IMG/VR virus record: IMGVR_UViG_3300045988_159436
Origin: a virus
Length of the DNA: 64,000 nucleotides
Direction: 5' to 3' (one strand)
The first letter of the stretch is position 1. Each line of letters opens with the position of its first letter. A model generated the notes under the pieces. That model saw only the letters and a list, made by a program, of their open reading frames with translations, did not search any database and was not told the origin of the DNA. Of the stretch, positions 25,957 through 36,800 are shown in pieces. The position numbers and the translations under genes were made by a program.

Positions 25957-27447
25957 ATGGCTATTAAAGTTTTTATAAGTAACTCTCAATTATTAAAAAA
26001 CTTAACAGATATAGAAAAAGAACGAATAAAAAAAGATTTAACTTTTAAAAATCCTGAATATGAAAGTATTCTTAAATTCTCTAGATGGGGTAGCACTAAA
26101 GTTCCAGAATTTCTTTATTATTATAAAGAAGTAGGGGATAGCTTAGAAGTTCCTAGAGGATATAAGATACCTTTTAATTATGAAGTAGTAGAAGATACCT
26201 CAATTAGTTTTAATAATATAGAATATCCATCAGTACAAATCCAGCCTAGAAAAGTACAACAGGTAGCAATAGAGCATTTCACTGATAATACTGGAACACT
26301 TGTTATAAATACAGGGTTAGGTAAGTCAATAATTGGTTTGATGCTGGCAGGAAAGCTAAAAGAAAGGGTATTAATTATAGTTAATAAAGACGATTTAATA
26401 GATGGTTGGCAAAAAGATGCTCTGTTGTGCTATGGGGAAATAGAAATAGGTTTAGTAAAAGGCAAGGTTTTCAATATAGGAAAACAAATTACTTTAACTA
26501 CGATACAGACTCTTTCTAGGCTAGGTGACGAAAAGCTTGATAAATTAAAAGAAAGTATATCAATGTTAATTTGTGATGAATGTCATAGGTGTTCTGCTAA
26601 GATATACAGTGTTCTGAATGGCTTTCCTGCCAGATATCGTTTAGGGTTAACAGCAACTAAAATGAGAAATGATGGATTAGCAGATGTATTAGATTTAATT
26701 TGTGGGCATACATTGTATGAATACAAAGGAGAATTTGAAACTTCTGATATTATAGATACAAAAGACATTTTTGTAATAAAGAGAGAGAGTCAGTTGAAAT
26801 GGAATCCAGTGATTGATTATTACTGGACGAAAAGCGGAGCAAAAGTAAAAGCATTAGTATATAAAGATAAAGTATTTGCGCCACATACGCCAGAATGGAA
26901 AGCTTTAATAACACAGTTATTAAGTACAAAAGAAGTTGATAGTTTACCTGTTAATTTACAGGAAGCTTATAAAACTGTATCAGAAGATTTAACATTTAAC
27001 AGATTAGTTGTTGAAGATATTATAAAAGAATATAATTCAGGAAAATCTTGTATAGTGTTTTGTAAAGAGAAAGAGCATATAAATTTATTGTATGATATGT
27101 TGGTAGATATATGTCCAAGAATACAAAAATACTATGGAGATATGAAAGAAACAAAAGCAGAAATAAAAGAAAAAGCAGAAACAAAAGAAGCATTAATTAC
27201 ATTAGCTACTATTTCTATTAGTTGTGAAGGAACTAACGTAAAATCATGGGAGAGAGGATTTCTTGTATCTACAGTGGCAAACAAGAAAGATTTAATACAG
27301 ATTTTAGGAAGGTTACGAAGAACTAAAGATGGTAAGACTAATGTATTTTTTTATGATTACAGACATCCTTTTATGGCAATTTTTAATAAGCATGGAGTAA
27401 AGAGGGATAAGTGGTATAGAGAAATAGGAATTACAAAAATTATTTAA
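25957..27447 (+). CDS. SF2 DNA helicase (DEAD/DEAH-box, phage replication-associated)
   Basis: Walker A GLGKS, DECH box, TAT-like motif III, C-terminal helicase motifs. Confidence 0.6.
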   Translation: MAIKVFISNSQLLKNLTDIEKERIKKDLTFKNPEYESILKFSRWGSTKVPEFLYYYKEVGDSLEVPRGYKIPFNYEVVEDTSISFNNIEYPSVQIQPRKVQQVAIEHFTDNTGTLVINTGLGKSIIGLMLAGKLKERVLIIVNKDDLIDGWQKDALLCYGEIEIGLVKGKVFNIGKQITLTTIQTLSRLGDEKLDKLKESISMLICDECHRCSAKIYSVLNGFPARYRLGLTATKMRNDGLADVLDLICGHTLYEYKGEFETSDIIDTKDIFVIKRESQLKWNPVIDYYWTKSGAKVKALVYKDKVFAPHTPEWKALITQLLSTKEVDSLPVNLQEAYKTVSEDLTFNRLVVEDIIKEYNSGKSCIVFCKEKEHINLLYDMLVDICPRIQKYYGDMKETKAEIKEKAETKEALITLATISISCEGTNVKSWERGFLVSTVANKKDLIQILGRLRRTKDGKTNVFFYDYRHPFMAIFNKHGVKRDKWYREIGITKII

Positions 27448-27453
27448 AAATGC

Positions 27454-27482
27454 TTGACAAAATTAAAAAAGTATGATATAAT
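27454..27482 (+). promoter_or_regulatory. sigma-A promoter (TTGACA-17-TGaTATAAT)
   Basis: -35 at 27454-59, -10 at 27477-82. Confidence 0.6.
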
Positions 27483-27497
27483 GTTAAGACTTAAAGA

Positions 27498-27980
27498 ATG
27501 GATGATAAAATGGTTGAATGTAAAATTATAGACTTTTCAGAAGCAGAGATAGATGATTCACGTTTCAAAGAATTAGCTATGCAGTATGATATGTATAGAA
27601 AGACAAAGCTTGAAGCGGAAAAAAGAGTGAAAGAATTAAAAGAACAGCTAGATGCTTATGTAGAGTCTAATGGCAAAAGTGATTTAAATGGTAATAAGTA
27701 TTTACCTTTTTTAGATAATAAATATCTAAAAAGAGAGGTAAGAAAAAGCTATGATGTAATACCTTATATGGCTGAAAGTATTTTGAGAGACTATGGTGTT
27801 TTAGATAAAGTTTTAAAGTATGAAGCTTATTATGATATGGAAGTATTGGAACATCTTATCGCAGATGGAGTAATACCATTAGAGGTAGCAGAGAAAATGT
27901 TTAAAGAAAAATTAAGTTATTCAACTAAAATAGTAGATTTAAAGGATGTGAGCGAGGATGCCGAGAAAGAGGAAAGCTAA
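27498..27980 (+). CDS. hypothetical protein
   Basis: ORF downstream of a promoter. Confidence 0.4.
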   Translation: MDDKMVECKIIDFSEAEIDDSRFKELAMQYDMYRKTKLEAEKRVKELKEQLDAYVESNGKSDLNGNKYLPFLDNKYLKREVRKSYDVIPYMAESILRDYGVLDKVLKYEAYYDMEVLEHLIADGVIPLEVAEKMFKEKLSYSTKIVDLKDVSEDAEKEES

Positions 27981-28341
27981 AAGAGGCAGACCCGCAGGGC
28001 AAATATTACAGGGAAAATTATTTAAAATAAATGGCAAGATACTACGATTATATACAAGAGCAAAATTAATAGAAGCTTTTAAATTGGCTGGTATTCCTAG
28101 AGGTTCATTAACTTTACGTAATTGGGAAAATACAGGTATTTTACCTCCTGCCCTAGTGAGAGTAAATAATATTTGTTATTACACACAGGAACAAATAAAT
28201 GCTATTGTTAGAGTAGCTTTAGAGTGTGGAGTTAGGAGAGGTTTTCCTATTGAAAAGACTGGATTTTCTGAACGAGTAAAAATTGCTTTACAAAAAGTAA
28301 ATGAAAGATTGTTTATGCCAGATAAAGAAATGGAGGAATAA
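27958..28341 (+). CDS. DNA-binding protein (basic N-terminus, MerR/excisionase-like HTH)
   Basis: N-terminal MPRKRKAKRGRP, then LAGIPRGSLTLRNWENTGILP. Confidence 0.35.
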   Translation: MPRKRKAKRGRPAGQILQGKLFKINGKILRLYTRAKLIEAFKLAGIPRGSLTLRNWENTGILPPALVRVNNICYYTQEQINAIVRVALECGVRRGFPIEKTGFSERVKIALQKVNERLFMPDKEMEE

Positions 28342-28342
28342 A

Positions 28343-28546
28343 ATGGAAACAATAAAAGTAGGTTTATCAAAAGGTGTAACATTGAATTTAGGTAATTATG
28401 AAAGTGCAAAATTTGATTGTTGGATGGAAGCAGAAGTATTAGAAAAAGAAAGAGATACAACATTAGATTTGTTTTCAGAACTTATTGATAATCGTTTAGA
28501 ACAAGAAGCAAAGGAACTAGAACGTTCCATAGCAAAACGTAAATGA
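28343..28546 (+). CDS. hypothetical protein
   Basis: RBS aaatggaggaataaaATG; ORF-track start 28301 is probably spurious. Confidence 0.35.
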   Translation: METIKVGLSKGVTLNLGNYESAKFDCWMEAEVLEKERDTTLDLFSELIDNRLEQEAKELERSIAKRK

Positions 28547-28986
28547 TAGTAACAAAAGCACAGGCAAAGAAGTTATTTGGTGGAGCAATAGTAACTTCTG
28601 ATAAAAGTGGAATTGTAAAATCAACAGAAGATTATAGTAAGTTCAAATCTAATGATTGGATAAAATATTTTTCAGATAAAGCAAAAGAACATGATGTAAA
28701 GTATCAAGTAGTTAAATATAAAGATACCTCTGTAATTAAATCATTAATGGCTACATATCCAAGTGATGAAATAAAAAAGATAATTGATTTCCTTTGGGAT
28801 TCTGATTACCGTTTTAAAGCAGGTGGCAGGGAAAAAACCTTTATGGAATATGGCATTTATTTAATGTCAAATGCTTGGTTGAGCAGTTATTATAATTTAG
28901 CAATAGCTTATACAGGAGAGAGTTTAACTCCTAAGCGGGGTTGGAAAGAGGAATCTGAGAATGGTGGGATAGAAATTGACATCTGA
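28543..28986 (+). CDS. hypothetical protein
   Basis: ATGA overlap with the previous gene. Confidence 0.4.
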   Translation: MIVTKAQAKKLFGGAIVTSDKSGIVKSTEDYSKFKSNDWIKYFSDKAKEHDVKYQVVKYKDTSVIKSLMATYPSDEIKKIIDFLWDSDYRFKAGGREKTFMEYGIYLMSNAWLSSYYNLAIAYTGESLTPKRGWKEESENGGIEIDI

Positions 28987-29602
28987 TTTACCAACAAGAG
29001 AAGGGAAAATGCGTGAATATATAAGCAAAGAGTCTTTATATTTAATGGGAATACCTAGTGGCTATCAGGGTAAGTTTTTATCTGACTATCATTTTGCAGA
29101 GCCTAAATTAAAGAGTATTATACAAGGCTATGTAACTAATCCTAGAGATATGTTAAATGATTGTGTTAATCTATTATTTAGGGGGCAAAATGGAGCGGGG
29201 AAAAGTTTCTTAGCTTCCATTATTTTACAAGAATTGTATATTCGTTACTATTCTGGTTATTTAGTTACTTTTAATGAAATTATAAGAAAAACATATAGCC
29301 AACAAGATGTAAGTTCTGTTTATGATTCAGAATTTTTAGTAATAGATGAATTAGGTGCGGAAGTTGATACAGCAAAAGGAGCAGAAAAAGCTTTATTAGA
29401 AAACATATTAAAGATAAGGGATACAAAAGGATTACCAACAATAATTTGCACTAATTTAAAGCAGGAAGAATTAACTAAAAGATATGGATATACTATTGAC
29501 AGTATGCTAAATCTTTTCATTCAGGTTACTTTTACTACTAATGATGGTAGGAGAGAAGCTTTTAGAAATAAAGATGCCATAAAGAAATTACGACAGGGGT
29601 GA
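28976..29602 (+). CDS. DnaC/IstB-like AAA+ helicase loader
   Basis: Walker A GQNGAGKSFLA and Walker B FLVIDELG. Confidence 0.55.
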   Translation: MTSDLPTREGKMREYISKESLYLMGIPSGYQGKFLSDYHFAEPKLKSIIQGYVTNPRDMLNDCVNLLFRGQNGAGKSFLASIILQELYIRYYSGYLVTFNEIIRKTYSQQDVSSVYDSEFLVIDELGAEVDTAKGAEKALLENILKIRDTKGLPTIICTNLKQEELTKRYGYTIDSMLNLFIQVTFTTNDGRREAFRNKDAIKKLRQG

Positions 29603-29763
29603 TAAAGTGGATTTAGATAACGTAAAGAGTGACCACTGCATTAATTGTAACTCTGTAGAAGTATTTGCATATGTGGAATACGACCATTTGCCATTGTGCA
29701 GAAATTGTTATAAGTTATATGATAAGGGTGAAATTAATGCGGGACAGTTAAGGGAGAAAAGAC

Positions 29764-30174
29764 GTGAAAAGAGGGCAACTAACTAATCAATCTCTTCCAA
29801 TTATCGCCTTTAACTTAGAGAGTTGTTTTTTTAACAATAAAACAACGTTTGTTAATGAATTATTTAAAGATAAATATGAAATTTTGGGGATGCAGTATAA
29901 CCCTCAACATTTAGATACTGTTATGAAGATTTGGAAAAGCGGAAAATACTCAATTCATTTAGTGACTTATAAAGACCCAGATGAATGGAAAGAGCTTGAA
30001 GGATTTTTATTTGAAAAGTATTTATATTTTAACAATCTAGAATTTATTGAGGGCTTTAAGGAATTGAAGAGATTTTGTGAATTAAAGTATCTTTATTATG
30101 TAGACGATGGAGATAGATTATTTTTACCTAAGAACGCTGTTTCAATGCAAGAGTTTTTAGGGGTGATGAAATGA
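29764..30174 (+). CDS. hypothetical protein
   Basis: ORF with GTG start. Confidence 0.35.
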   Translation: MKRGQLTNQSLPIIAFNLESCFFNNKTTFVNELFKDKYEILGMQYNPQHLDTVMKIWKSGKYSIHLVTYKDPDEWKELEGFLFEKYLYFNNLEFIEGFKELKRFCELKYLYYVDDGDRLFLPKNAVSMQEFLGVMK

Positions 30175-31418
30175 GCGTAGATTCTAATTTTATTTTAAAA
30201 TTATTAGAAACTAAGGATTGGAAAACAGTAGCGGAGAAAAGAATATCTGCCAAGTTTTTCAACCCAGCTTATAAGAGAGTGTTTAATTATATTTCAGACT
30301 TTAAAATCAAATATGGTGATATCCCTAGTGCAGAGTCATTAAAAGCAAGATTTCCAGAGCTTGACTTTACTGGAAGGGTAGCAGAGCCATTTGAATTTTA
30401 TTGTGATGAATTAAGAAATAAAGTTAAGCATAATTTATTAAGGGACACAATACTTTCTGTGCAAACAGATATAAACTCATTGAATACAGAAGAAGCAGTT
30501 AAGAAGTTACAGAAACTAATACAAAATATTGATTCTGAAATTGTTCTTAACGATACCTGTAAAATAGGTGAAAGAACAGAAGAGCGTTTTGAGCAGTACA
30601 AAGAGCGGCAAAAAACAGGTGGCATTTCTGGGATGCCTATAGGTTTATTGCCGATAGATAAACAGATAGGTGGGGTTAAAGAATTAGACCTTATAACTTT
30701 CTTAGGATACACAGGAACTGGTAAAACGTGGCTCTTGTGCATTATTGCTGTAGCAATGGCAAAAATGGGATATAAGGTTTTGTTTTTAACTAAAGAAATG
30801 TTGCCAGCTCAATTAATAGACAGAATTGATGCAGTATGGTCAGGGATAAGCTACTCTCGTATTAAAGATGGTCAGTTATCGCCACAAGAAGAAGAGAAGT
30901 ATTATAAGTATCTTTTAGAAGAAGCACCAAAATATAAAGATAAGTTAATTGTTGAATTAGTCGAGGGCGGTGTAATATCTTGTGGAAGTTCCATTGATTT
31001 ACATAAGCCAGATGTCTGTTTAATTGATGGTGGTTATTTAATGGCTGATGATTCTGAGGATGATGACTGGCGGGGAATTTTAGAAGTATGGAGAGGATTT
31101 AAAGCATTAGCTCGAAACAGAAAAGTCCCAATTCTTTGCACCTCACAGTTAAAGGGAGAGACTGCGACATTAAGTAATATTTCTTATGTCAAAGCCTTAG
31201 CCCAAGAAGCGGATGCTGTTTATGGTTTAGAGCAAGATAAAACAGATAAGGCGGAGAAAGAGATAAAAATAGTAACTTTAAAAGTGCGTGATGGCGAATG
31301 GAAACCACCTTTTAAAATGAGTTGGGATTTTACTGAAATGAAACATGATTTATTATATGTGGAAGAAGAAAAGAAAAGGACACCAATAGCGGTAAAACAA
31401 ATACAAAGGATTGAGTAG
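30171..31418 (+). CDS. DnaB-like replicative helicase
   Basis: Walker A GYTGTGKTW, RecA-like C-terminal domain (ILCTSQL), N-terminal DnaB-like helical domain. Confidence 0.6.
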   Translation: MSVDSNFILKLLETKDWKTVAEKRISAKFFNPAYKRVFNYISDFKIKYGDIPSAESLKARFPELDFTGRVAEPFEFYCDELRNKVKHNLLRDTILSVQTDINSLNTEEAVKKLQKLIQNIDSEIVLNDTCKIGERTEERFEQYKERQKTGGISGMPIGLLPIDKQIGGVKELDLITFLGYTGTGKTWLLCIIAVAMAKMGYKVLFLTKEMLPAQLIDRIDAVWSGISYSRIKDGQLSPQEEEKYYKYLLEEAPKYKDKLIVELVEGGVISCGSSIDLHKPDVCLIDGGYLMADDSEDDDWRGILEVWRGFKALARNRKVPILCTSQLKGETATLSNISYVKALAQEADAVYGLEQDKTDKAEKEIKIVTLKVRDGEWKPPFKMSWDFTEMKHDLLYVEEEKKRTPIAVKQIQRIE

Positions 31419-32391
31419 TATGAGAATAGAAGAACTTTTAACTGTATGCGAAGCATTAAATATAAAGAATATCAAAGTAGTAGGTAATGATATTATGGCA
31501 TCTTGTTGTTTTCATCAAGATACAAGACCTTCTTTCGGTTTAAACGCTGAAAAAGAATGTTATCATTGTTTTGGCTGTGGTGAGAGCGGAACAATAATTG
31601 GCTTAATAGCAAAATGTTTAAACATCTCATATGCCGAAGCTAGGTTAAAGCTTGATGAAATAATTGGAGAACAGGCGCAGAAAGTTGAAGAAGTTCCTTT
31701 ACGAGAATACGAAGAAGTTCCAGAGCAAGAGGAAAGATTTGTTTTATCTAATTCTTCATTGGGGGCGTTTCACAGCGGGCAAGTATTCCATAAATACTTT
31801 ATTGAAAGAGGATTTAGCCCAGAAGACCAACAAAGGTTTTTATTTGGCTGGGATTCGCAAAAGAAAAGAATTACTATTCCTGTATTTTGGGAAGATGGGC
31901 AATTATGTGGGTTTATAGGTAGAGCAGTGCTTAATGATAAAACACAAGAATATGCGAATATTTATGGTAAAGCCCCTAAATATTATGTATATGATAATTT
32001 CCCACGTTCAGGAATTTTGTTTCCTTTGAATTTGTTTAGACCTATCAATGATACTGTCATTTTAGTAGAAGGAGTATTAGATGCTCTATGGCTACAAAAA
32101 CATGGTTACGCAAATGCTTTAGCCATATTAACTTGTAGTATCTCAGACGCTCAAATTTCACTTCTGAGGAGTTTTAATATTAAAAAGGTAATATTAGCCT
32201 TAGACGGAGATAAAGCTGGTCAGAACGGCTGTAAACGCATATACGACCTATGTAAGAATGAGTTTGTGTTTAGTATTGTGAATTACCCAGAAAATTGTAA
32301 AGATGTTCAAGACATGAATAAAGAACAGTTAGATTATATGTTTACTAATTTAGAGATGTATCCAAGATTAAAATTAAGAAAAATAGAATAG
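31411..32391 (+). CDS. DnaG-type DNA primase
   Basis: CHC2 zinc finger (CCFHQD...CYHCFGCGESG) and Toprim motifs (EGVLDALW, ALDGDKAG). Confidence 0.7.
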   Translation: MSSMRIEELLTVCEALNIKNIKVVGNDIMASCCFHQDTRPSFGLNAEKECYHCFGCGESGTIIGLIAKCLNISYAEARLKLDEIIGEQAQKVEEVPLREYEEVPEQEERFVLSNSSLGAFHSGQVFHKYFIERGFSPEDQQRFLFGWDSQKKRITIPVFWEDGQLCGFIGRAVLNDKTQEYANIYGKAPKYYVYDNFPRSGILFPLNLFRPINDTVILVEGVLDALWLQKHGYANALAILTCSISDAQISLLRSFNIKKVILALDGDKAGQNGCKRIYDLCKNEFVFSIVNYPENCKDVQDMNKEQLDYMFTNLEMYPRLKLRKIE

Positions 32392-32400
32392 GAGAAAAGA

Positions 32401-33132
32401 ATGGTAGCTTCAATTTTTAAAAGAGGATTTCAGGCAAGGGCAGAAGTAGAAAAGACCACTAAAAAAGGTGGGTATATTAAAGATTATTTTTTAACAGCGA
32501 GGGATAATCCTGATGCGCCAGTTAGATTTTTAACTGATGAACCTATCAGTTTTTGGAGTCACAATGTTCAAGAAGGTGGCAGATACAATAACTATGCTTG
32601 CACTTGTGAACCAGATTGTCCATTGTGTCAGGCGGGAGCACCTAGAAGCTTCAAATCAGCTTATTTAGTAGTAGATGGCAGACAAGGTAGCTATATCAGC
32701 AAAAAAACAGGGGAAAAAGTGGAGTTTGATAAAGCGGTGGCTGTCCTTTTAAGGGGTAACGATTGCGGCATTATTGAGCGTAATAGACAGCGTTATGGGC
32801 TGTTAGATGCGCCTTATTACGCAACACGTATGGGACAGAAACCAAGTATTTCTTATTTGTTTGACAAAGCAGGAGCAGAGATTTTTGAGAAATATCCATA
32901 TTTGGATAAAGATATTTTTGCTATTGGAGAGTTAAACGAAGCGGCGAAAGAAAAGATTCAGGAATTACTGCCTGATAAATATAGAGGGCTTGATTATTAT
33001 GAAATCATTGAAAAGAAATTCCCATTTTATGGTGTTGAAGACACTTCTTTCGATACTGCAACAGTTTTGGAAGAGCCAGAGCCTATTCGTCCAGCAGGAT
33101 TTAGCAGAGTTCTGATAAGGGAAGTGGATTAA
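32401..33132 (+). CDS. possible gp32-like single-strand DNA-binding protein
   Basis: N-terminal IFKRGF...KTTKK resembles the gp32 basic LAST motif; His...C-x-C...C-x2-C cluster (HNVQEGGRYNNYACTCEPDCPLC) resembles the gp32 zinc site. Confidence 0.3.
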   Translation: MVASIFKRGFQARAEVEKTTKKGGYIKDYFLTARDNPDAPVRFLTDEPISFWSHNVQEGGRYNNYACTCEPDCPLCQAGAPRSFKSAYLVVDGRQGSYISKKTGEKVEFDKAVAVLLRGNDCGIIERNRQRYGLLDAPYYATRMGQKPSISYLFDKAGAEIFEKYPYLDKDIFAIGELNEAAKEKIQELLPDKYRGLDYYEIIEKKFPFYGVEDTSFDTATVLEEPEPIRPAGFSRVLIREVD

Positions 33133-33533
33133 TGGCTAAATGGTCTCAAAAAGCATTAGATTCTTGTATGAAGTATTGGCAGAAAATTTTAGGACTTAGT
33201 CATTGGGATATAGTTATTACATATGCAAATAATAGGGATATTGAATATTTATTGGGCTACCCAGCATTAGCAAGTATTTCTTCTAGCCCTTCTATGGAGA
33301 GGGCAATAATTCGGATAAACAGTAATCCTGAGCTTGACGAAGATGCTATTATAAATGGCAGTGATGATGTTGAGTGGAGTATACTTCACGAATTATTGCA
33401 TCTTTATTACCTAGATTTATATATAAATAAAGAAGATAAAGCACAAACAGAATTGATAGAAAAAATTATCAATAAGACTTGTAAAGCATTATTGACTACA
33501 GGAAGGTTTAGAAATGGGCGCAATAGCAGATAG
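33132..33533 (+). CDS. hypothetical protein containing an HELLH motif
   Basis: ATGG overlap with the previous gene; ILHELLHLYY. Confidence 0.35.
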   Translation: MAKWSQKALDSCMKYWQKILGLSHWDIVITYANNRDIEYLLGYPALASISSSPSMERAIIRINSNPELDEDAIINGSDDVEWSILHELLHLYYLDLYINKEDKAQTELIEKIINKTCKALLTTGRFRNGRNSR

Positions 33534-33804
33534 ACAAACTTTAATTAATAAAATAGCAGAGCAAAATAATATTACTTCAACAGAGGCAAATAATATTATT
33601 AAGATGTTTTGTAAAGGCGTAGAAGGAGTTTTAGAAGAATATGCTGGATTAGTTTTGCCTAGATATTTTTCTTTAGTATCTAGACAACAAGATATAAAAA
33701 CTTCTTATAACATTCATACTAAGACTTTTCAAGATAGAAAACCTTTTAACAGGTTTGTTTTCAAGCCAAGTAAAAAATGGAAGAAGTTAATTAATAAGGA
33801 GTGA
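33514..33804 (+). CDS. hypothetical protein
   Basis: ORF overlapping the previous gene end. Confidence 0.35.
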   Translation: MGAIADRQTLINKIAEQNNITSTEANNIIKMFCKGVEGVLEEYAGLVLPRYFSLVSRQQDIKTSYNIHTKTFQDRKPFNRFVFKPSKKWKKLINKE

Positions 33805-33808
33805 TTAT

Positions 33809-36800
33809 TTGTTTCATCAAAGATTCTTTAAATTAACTATTGTCAATAAAGAGAATGTTGATAGATTTTTTGAGGAATATGAACGAGCGAAACAAATTTT
33901 CTTTGACTTTGAAACTTCTGGATTAGATGTAAGATATAAGGGGAAAGATTATGCAGTAGGATTAACAGTAGCCTTTGAAGATAGTGTCAGTAAGGAAGTA
34001 TACTATATTCCTTTCAGACACTATTTTGAAGGTAGCTATATTGGTTGTGGGAGACTCGATTACCGTAAAAACACTGCGGTTTTTGATGATGCTAAAAATT
34101 TTCCTGATTTTTTACCAGAAAAGTTTTCAGGAGAATATTATAATATGGATATTGTTGATTTTATGGAACGATTGAAGCCTTTAATGGAAAATGGCGGGAA
34201 AGAGTATATAGCCCATCATATTTCATTTGACTTACATTTATTTGCAAATGAAGGTGTAGATATAGTAAAAGTGTTTGAAACAAATACTTTTACTGATACA
34301 CAAATAGCTGTACATACTTTAGATGAAGAACAAGAGAAGAATTTAGAAGCAGTAACTGAAACAATTTTCTCTGTAAAAAAATCTCATTTTAAAGATACTA
34401 TTATGACAGTTACTAAAGAGGAAAAGAAACTTTTGGGATTAGCTTCTAATAGTAATGCTAGTTTTCAACACGTTCAGATTCCAATAGGAGCACAATATTC
34501 AGCAGAAGATGTATATTTTATGAAAGAAATGTATGAGCCAATTCTTAATGCGTTAAGAGAAGATGGTGGTTACGAATATTTTAGAGAAGTACGAATGCCA
34601 TATATGAAAGTTTTGTGGAAAATGGAACGTAATGGAATCAAAGTTGACATAGAAAAACTTGAAGGTATGATAAAATTAGCAGAAGAAAAATTGGAAGAAT
34701 TAACATACAAAATATATGAAGTAGTAGGAGCTAAATTTAATATTAACAGTGGTCAACAGTTATTTGAGATATTATATGGTTTTAAAAAGAAATTAAAGGA
34801 TAAGAAAACAGGGGAATATAAAGAGTCTTTTAATGAAGATTTAGTAGCATTAAATTTTGGTTTTAAGCCTATCGCATGGACAGAGGGCGGGAAATCAAGA
34901 GATATGGTATTAAGAACACCAAAAACAGATAAAGATGCGCTAAAGAAATTATTAAGACAAACTCCTAAAAGAGAAGATGGGCATAAATTAATTAAACTTC
35001 TACAAGATTATTTTAAATTAACAAAATTGTATACAGCATTTATGCTGGGTATAAAAGAAAAAATATATTGTGATGGAAAAGTACATCCAAGCTTCAACCA
35101 AAATGGTTGTCTTGTAGCAAACACTTTAATTCCTACAGATAGGGGATTGTTCCGCATTCAGGATTTAGTAACAGATGCTTTAGTTGATGGTGAATTTGTT
35201 TCTAAAACCTATACGCTATTAAATCGAAATTTAGAACCTGAAAAGACTTCCCATATAGTTAAATATGAGAATAGGAATACTATAAAAATTCGTACTGCTT
35301 TAGGGGTTACTATCGAAGGAACTGAAAATCACCCAATAATATGTAATAAATATTCTTCAAAAGATTTATACCTTAATAGGAATAGTTGTCGTTTTAAAAA
35401 TTTATATAAGAAAAAGGATGCTCAAATTTTCAAGCGTTTAGATGAGATAAATACTGAAACTTATGTAGCAGTCCCTTATGGTTATAATTTTTTTGCTAAA
35501 GATTATCAGAAACTTGAATATGAATATGTTGCAATGCGTAGTGGATTTAAGCAAGTTAAATTACCAGAAATTTTAGATGAAGATGTGGCAGAGTTTATGG
35601 GGATGTATTATGCAGATGGGTGTTTATCAGACACAAATGGTACTTTTACTATTTGCTTTACTAATGGAGATTCCTGTGTAATAAATCGTATACAAGAATT
35701 GTCTTTAAGACTTTTTGGAATAAAAGCACATGTTCGTGACTGTCATCCTCATAGAAATTCTTTGGATATTAGAATTAGTGCTAAAAGACTTGCTAGTATT
35801 GAGAAAGCTTTTCAGCTTAAAAGAGGATGCACAAACAAAGTTATTCCTGATATTATTTTACAGTCCCCAAGAAGTGTTGTAATAGCTTTCATAAAAGGAA
35901 TGACATTAGATAGTTATTTTGTAGAAGAATCTAATAAAAAACAGCTAAGATTTACTGTTTCAAATGAGCAAAGTCTTTTTCAACTTCAAACATTGCTATT
36001 GAATTTAGGTATTATTGGTGGGGCAAGACATCTCAATACTTATACTGGAAATGTTTATATGCTAACATTAACTAATGGAGAATATTTAAAGTTTAGAGAT
36101 ATCGTAGGATTTGTTCAAAAGAAAAAGTATAAAGATTTTGAGTATCAAAGAATTTCTGGTCAATATTTAGTAGATGAAGGTAATTCATTAATTTGGGTAA
36201 AGGTTAAAGAAATAGATAAAGGAAGGGCAGATGTTTATGACTTTACTCTACCCGAAACACATAGTTTTATTTCAAATGGGTTTATTAGTCATAATACATC
36301 ATCATTTAGGCTAAGTTGTTCTGACCCGAACTAAACAGATGGTTCGCTAGGCAAGAAATTCCTAGAAAAATTAACTGCTCTAACTCGGTGAAACTCCACC
36401 AATAAAAGGACAACACCGAACTAAGTTAGTTAGCGATAACTAAAAAGTGTAACGACTAGAGAAAGTAGGCTATATTAGTCGAAATCTCCACGAATGGGCA
36501 GAGCCTAAACCGAAAGGCATGGCTAAGATATAGTCTGAACTCCGTACAATGGTAAAGACGGAGAAGCGGGGATAAAGAGCCCCGTGATAACATAATTGTT
36601 CAACAGCTTCCTAAGCCTTTAGAAGAGCCTAAAGATGGTGAAGATAGAAGTTACTATGATTTTTGGATACAATTTGAAATAAGAAGTTTAATGATAGCTG
36701 ACAATGAAGACGAAGTAATTGTTGCGGCAGATTATCATGCTCTGGAAAAGTTTTTAACAGCGCATTTTTCAAAAGACCCATTGTTGATTAAAATGCTAAA

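Noticed and set aside
31664-31918. Alternative-frame + strand ORFs (31664-31918, 33975-34175, 21799-21996, 22079-22285, 48529-48720, 54542-54730)
   Set aside because: Each is embedded out of frame in a gene with clear motifs (primase, polymerase, fibre cassette, amidotransferase) and has no RBS.
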